A stretch of DNA of 64,000 bases from Octopus sinensis (taxonomy: Eukaryota): NCBI RefSeq assembly GCF_006345805.1, contig NC_042998.1:120838001-120902000 (forward strand). The letters run 5' to 3'. Both the position numbers and the translations under genes were made by a program. Below are positions 63,294 through 64,000 of the stretch, piece after piece. Under the pieces are notes generated by a model. The model saw only the letters and a program-made list of their open reading frames with translations, did no database searches and was not told where the DNA came from. How positions within the stretch are numbered: the first letter of the stretch is position 1; every line of letters starts with the position of its first letter.

Positions 63294-64000
63294 TGTATAT
63301 TAAGTGATATTTATCCCTCACCCGATGGAGTATGTTTTTTTTGTTGAGCTTACCTTAATGGAACAGTAAACTGCACACATACACACGCACAACAATTTTC
63401 TTTCAGTTTCCATCTACCAAATCCACTCACAAGACTTTGGTCAGCCCAGGGCTATAGTAGTAGATATTTACGCAAGGATCAATAAAATAAATTATCAGTC
63501 AAGTACTGGGTTTGATGTAATATACTAAGTTCCTCCTCTCAATCCCCTTGGCTTTGTACTTATGTTACAAACAATTATTATTACTATGTGATTCCAAGAC
63601 CCCCATTTCAATGATACAGTTACATACTCTTCAATAATGATAATAGTATTACTAATTTCTTTTCTTTTTTCTTTTGTTTTATTTAATAACTGGAGTGTTT
63701 ACAATTTACTTGACTGAAGTTGAGCAATTACAACATCTGTTAATTCTTTGCCCAACTGCAGTTAAGATGTATAGTAAACAAAAATAGTTTTATTTTTAAA
63801 TGTCAGAATAAACATTGCATCTAAGAGGTGTCAACAATCTCAACCAAATCTACATTTGGAGCTTCTACGTAGTATGTAGTTGCTTGACCTGATACAAGTA
63901 GCAGCCAAGTCTTCCTTAATTCACTCTTTCATCATCATCATTGTACTGATGTTCATTTTTCCTTGCTTGCTTGGATCAGACAGGATTTGTTGAGGCAGAT

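Overview
Repeat-dense, AT-rich animal genomic DNA. The SINE families and the (TATG)n/(TA)n microsatellite load point to an octopus (coleoid cephalopod); this is recognition from memory, not a database hit. The only host coding sequence I can support is coding exon 1 of a 14-kDa phosphohistidine phosphatase (PHPT1/Janus/Ocnus family; + strand, 49659-49845). It sits in a CpG-rich, promoter-like island. I could not find exon 2, so 49846-64000 is probably all intron. Weak evidence suggests a divergent spliced transcript running leftwards from the same promoter. Everything else is decayed mobile DNA: R4/Dong, CR1 and RTE LINEs, a Penelope-like element and several of its terminal fragments, a solo LTR, Tc1/mariner transposons, MITEs, a Helitron helicase fragment and many tRNA-derived SINEs. 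Most long ORFs in the track are microsatellite artefacts. I found no clearly new protein-coding system. The most unusual signals are structural: a 298-bp tandem element whose hairpins keep pairing in both copies and which holds a hammerhead-like motif; a 31-34-bp periodic AGGCAGTACC array upstream of PHPT1; repeated insertion of Penelope/LTR elements into SINE (TA)n tracts; and a ~700-bp fold-back inside the PHPT1 intron.
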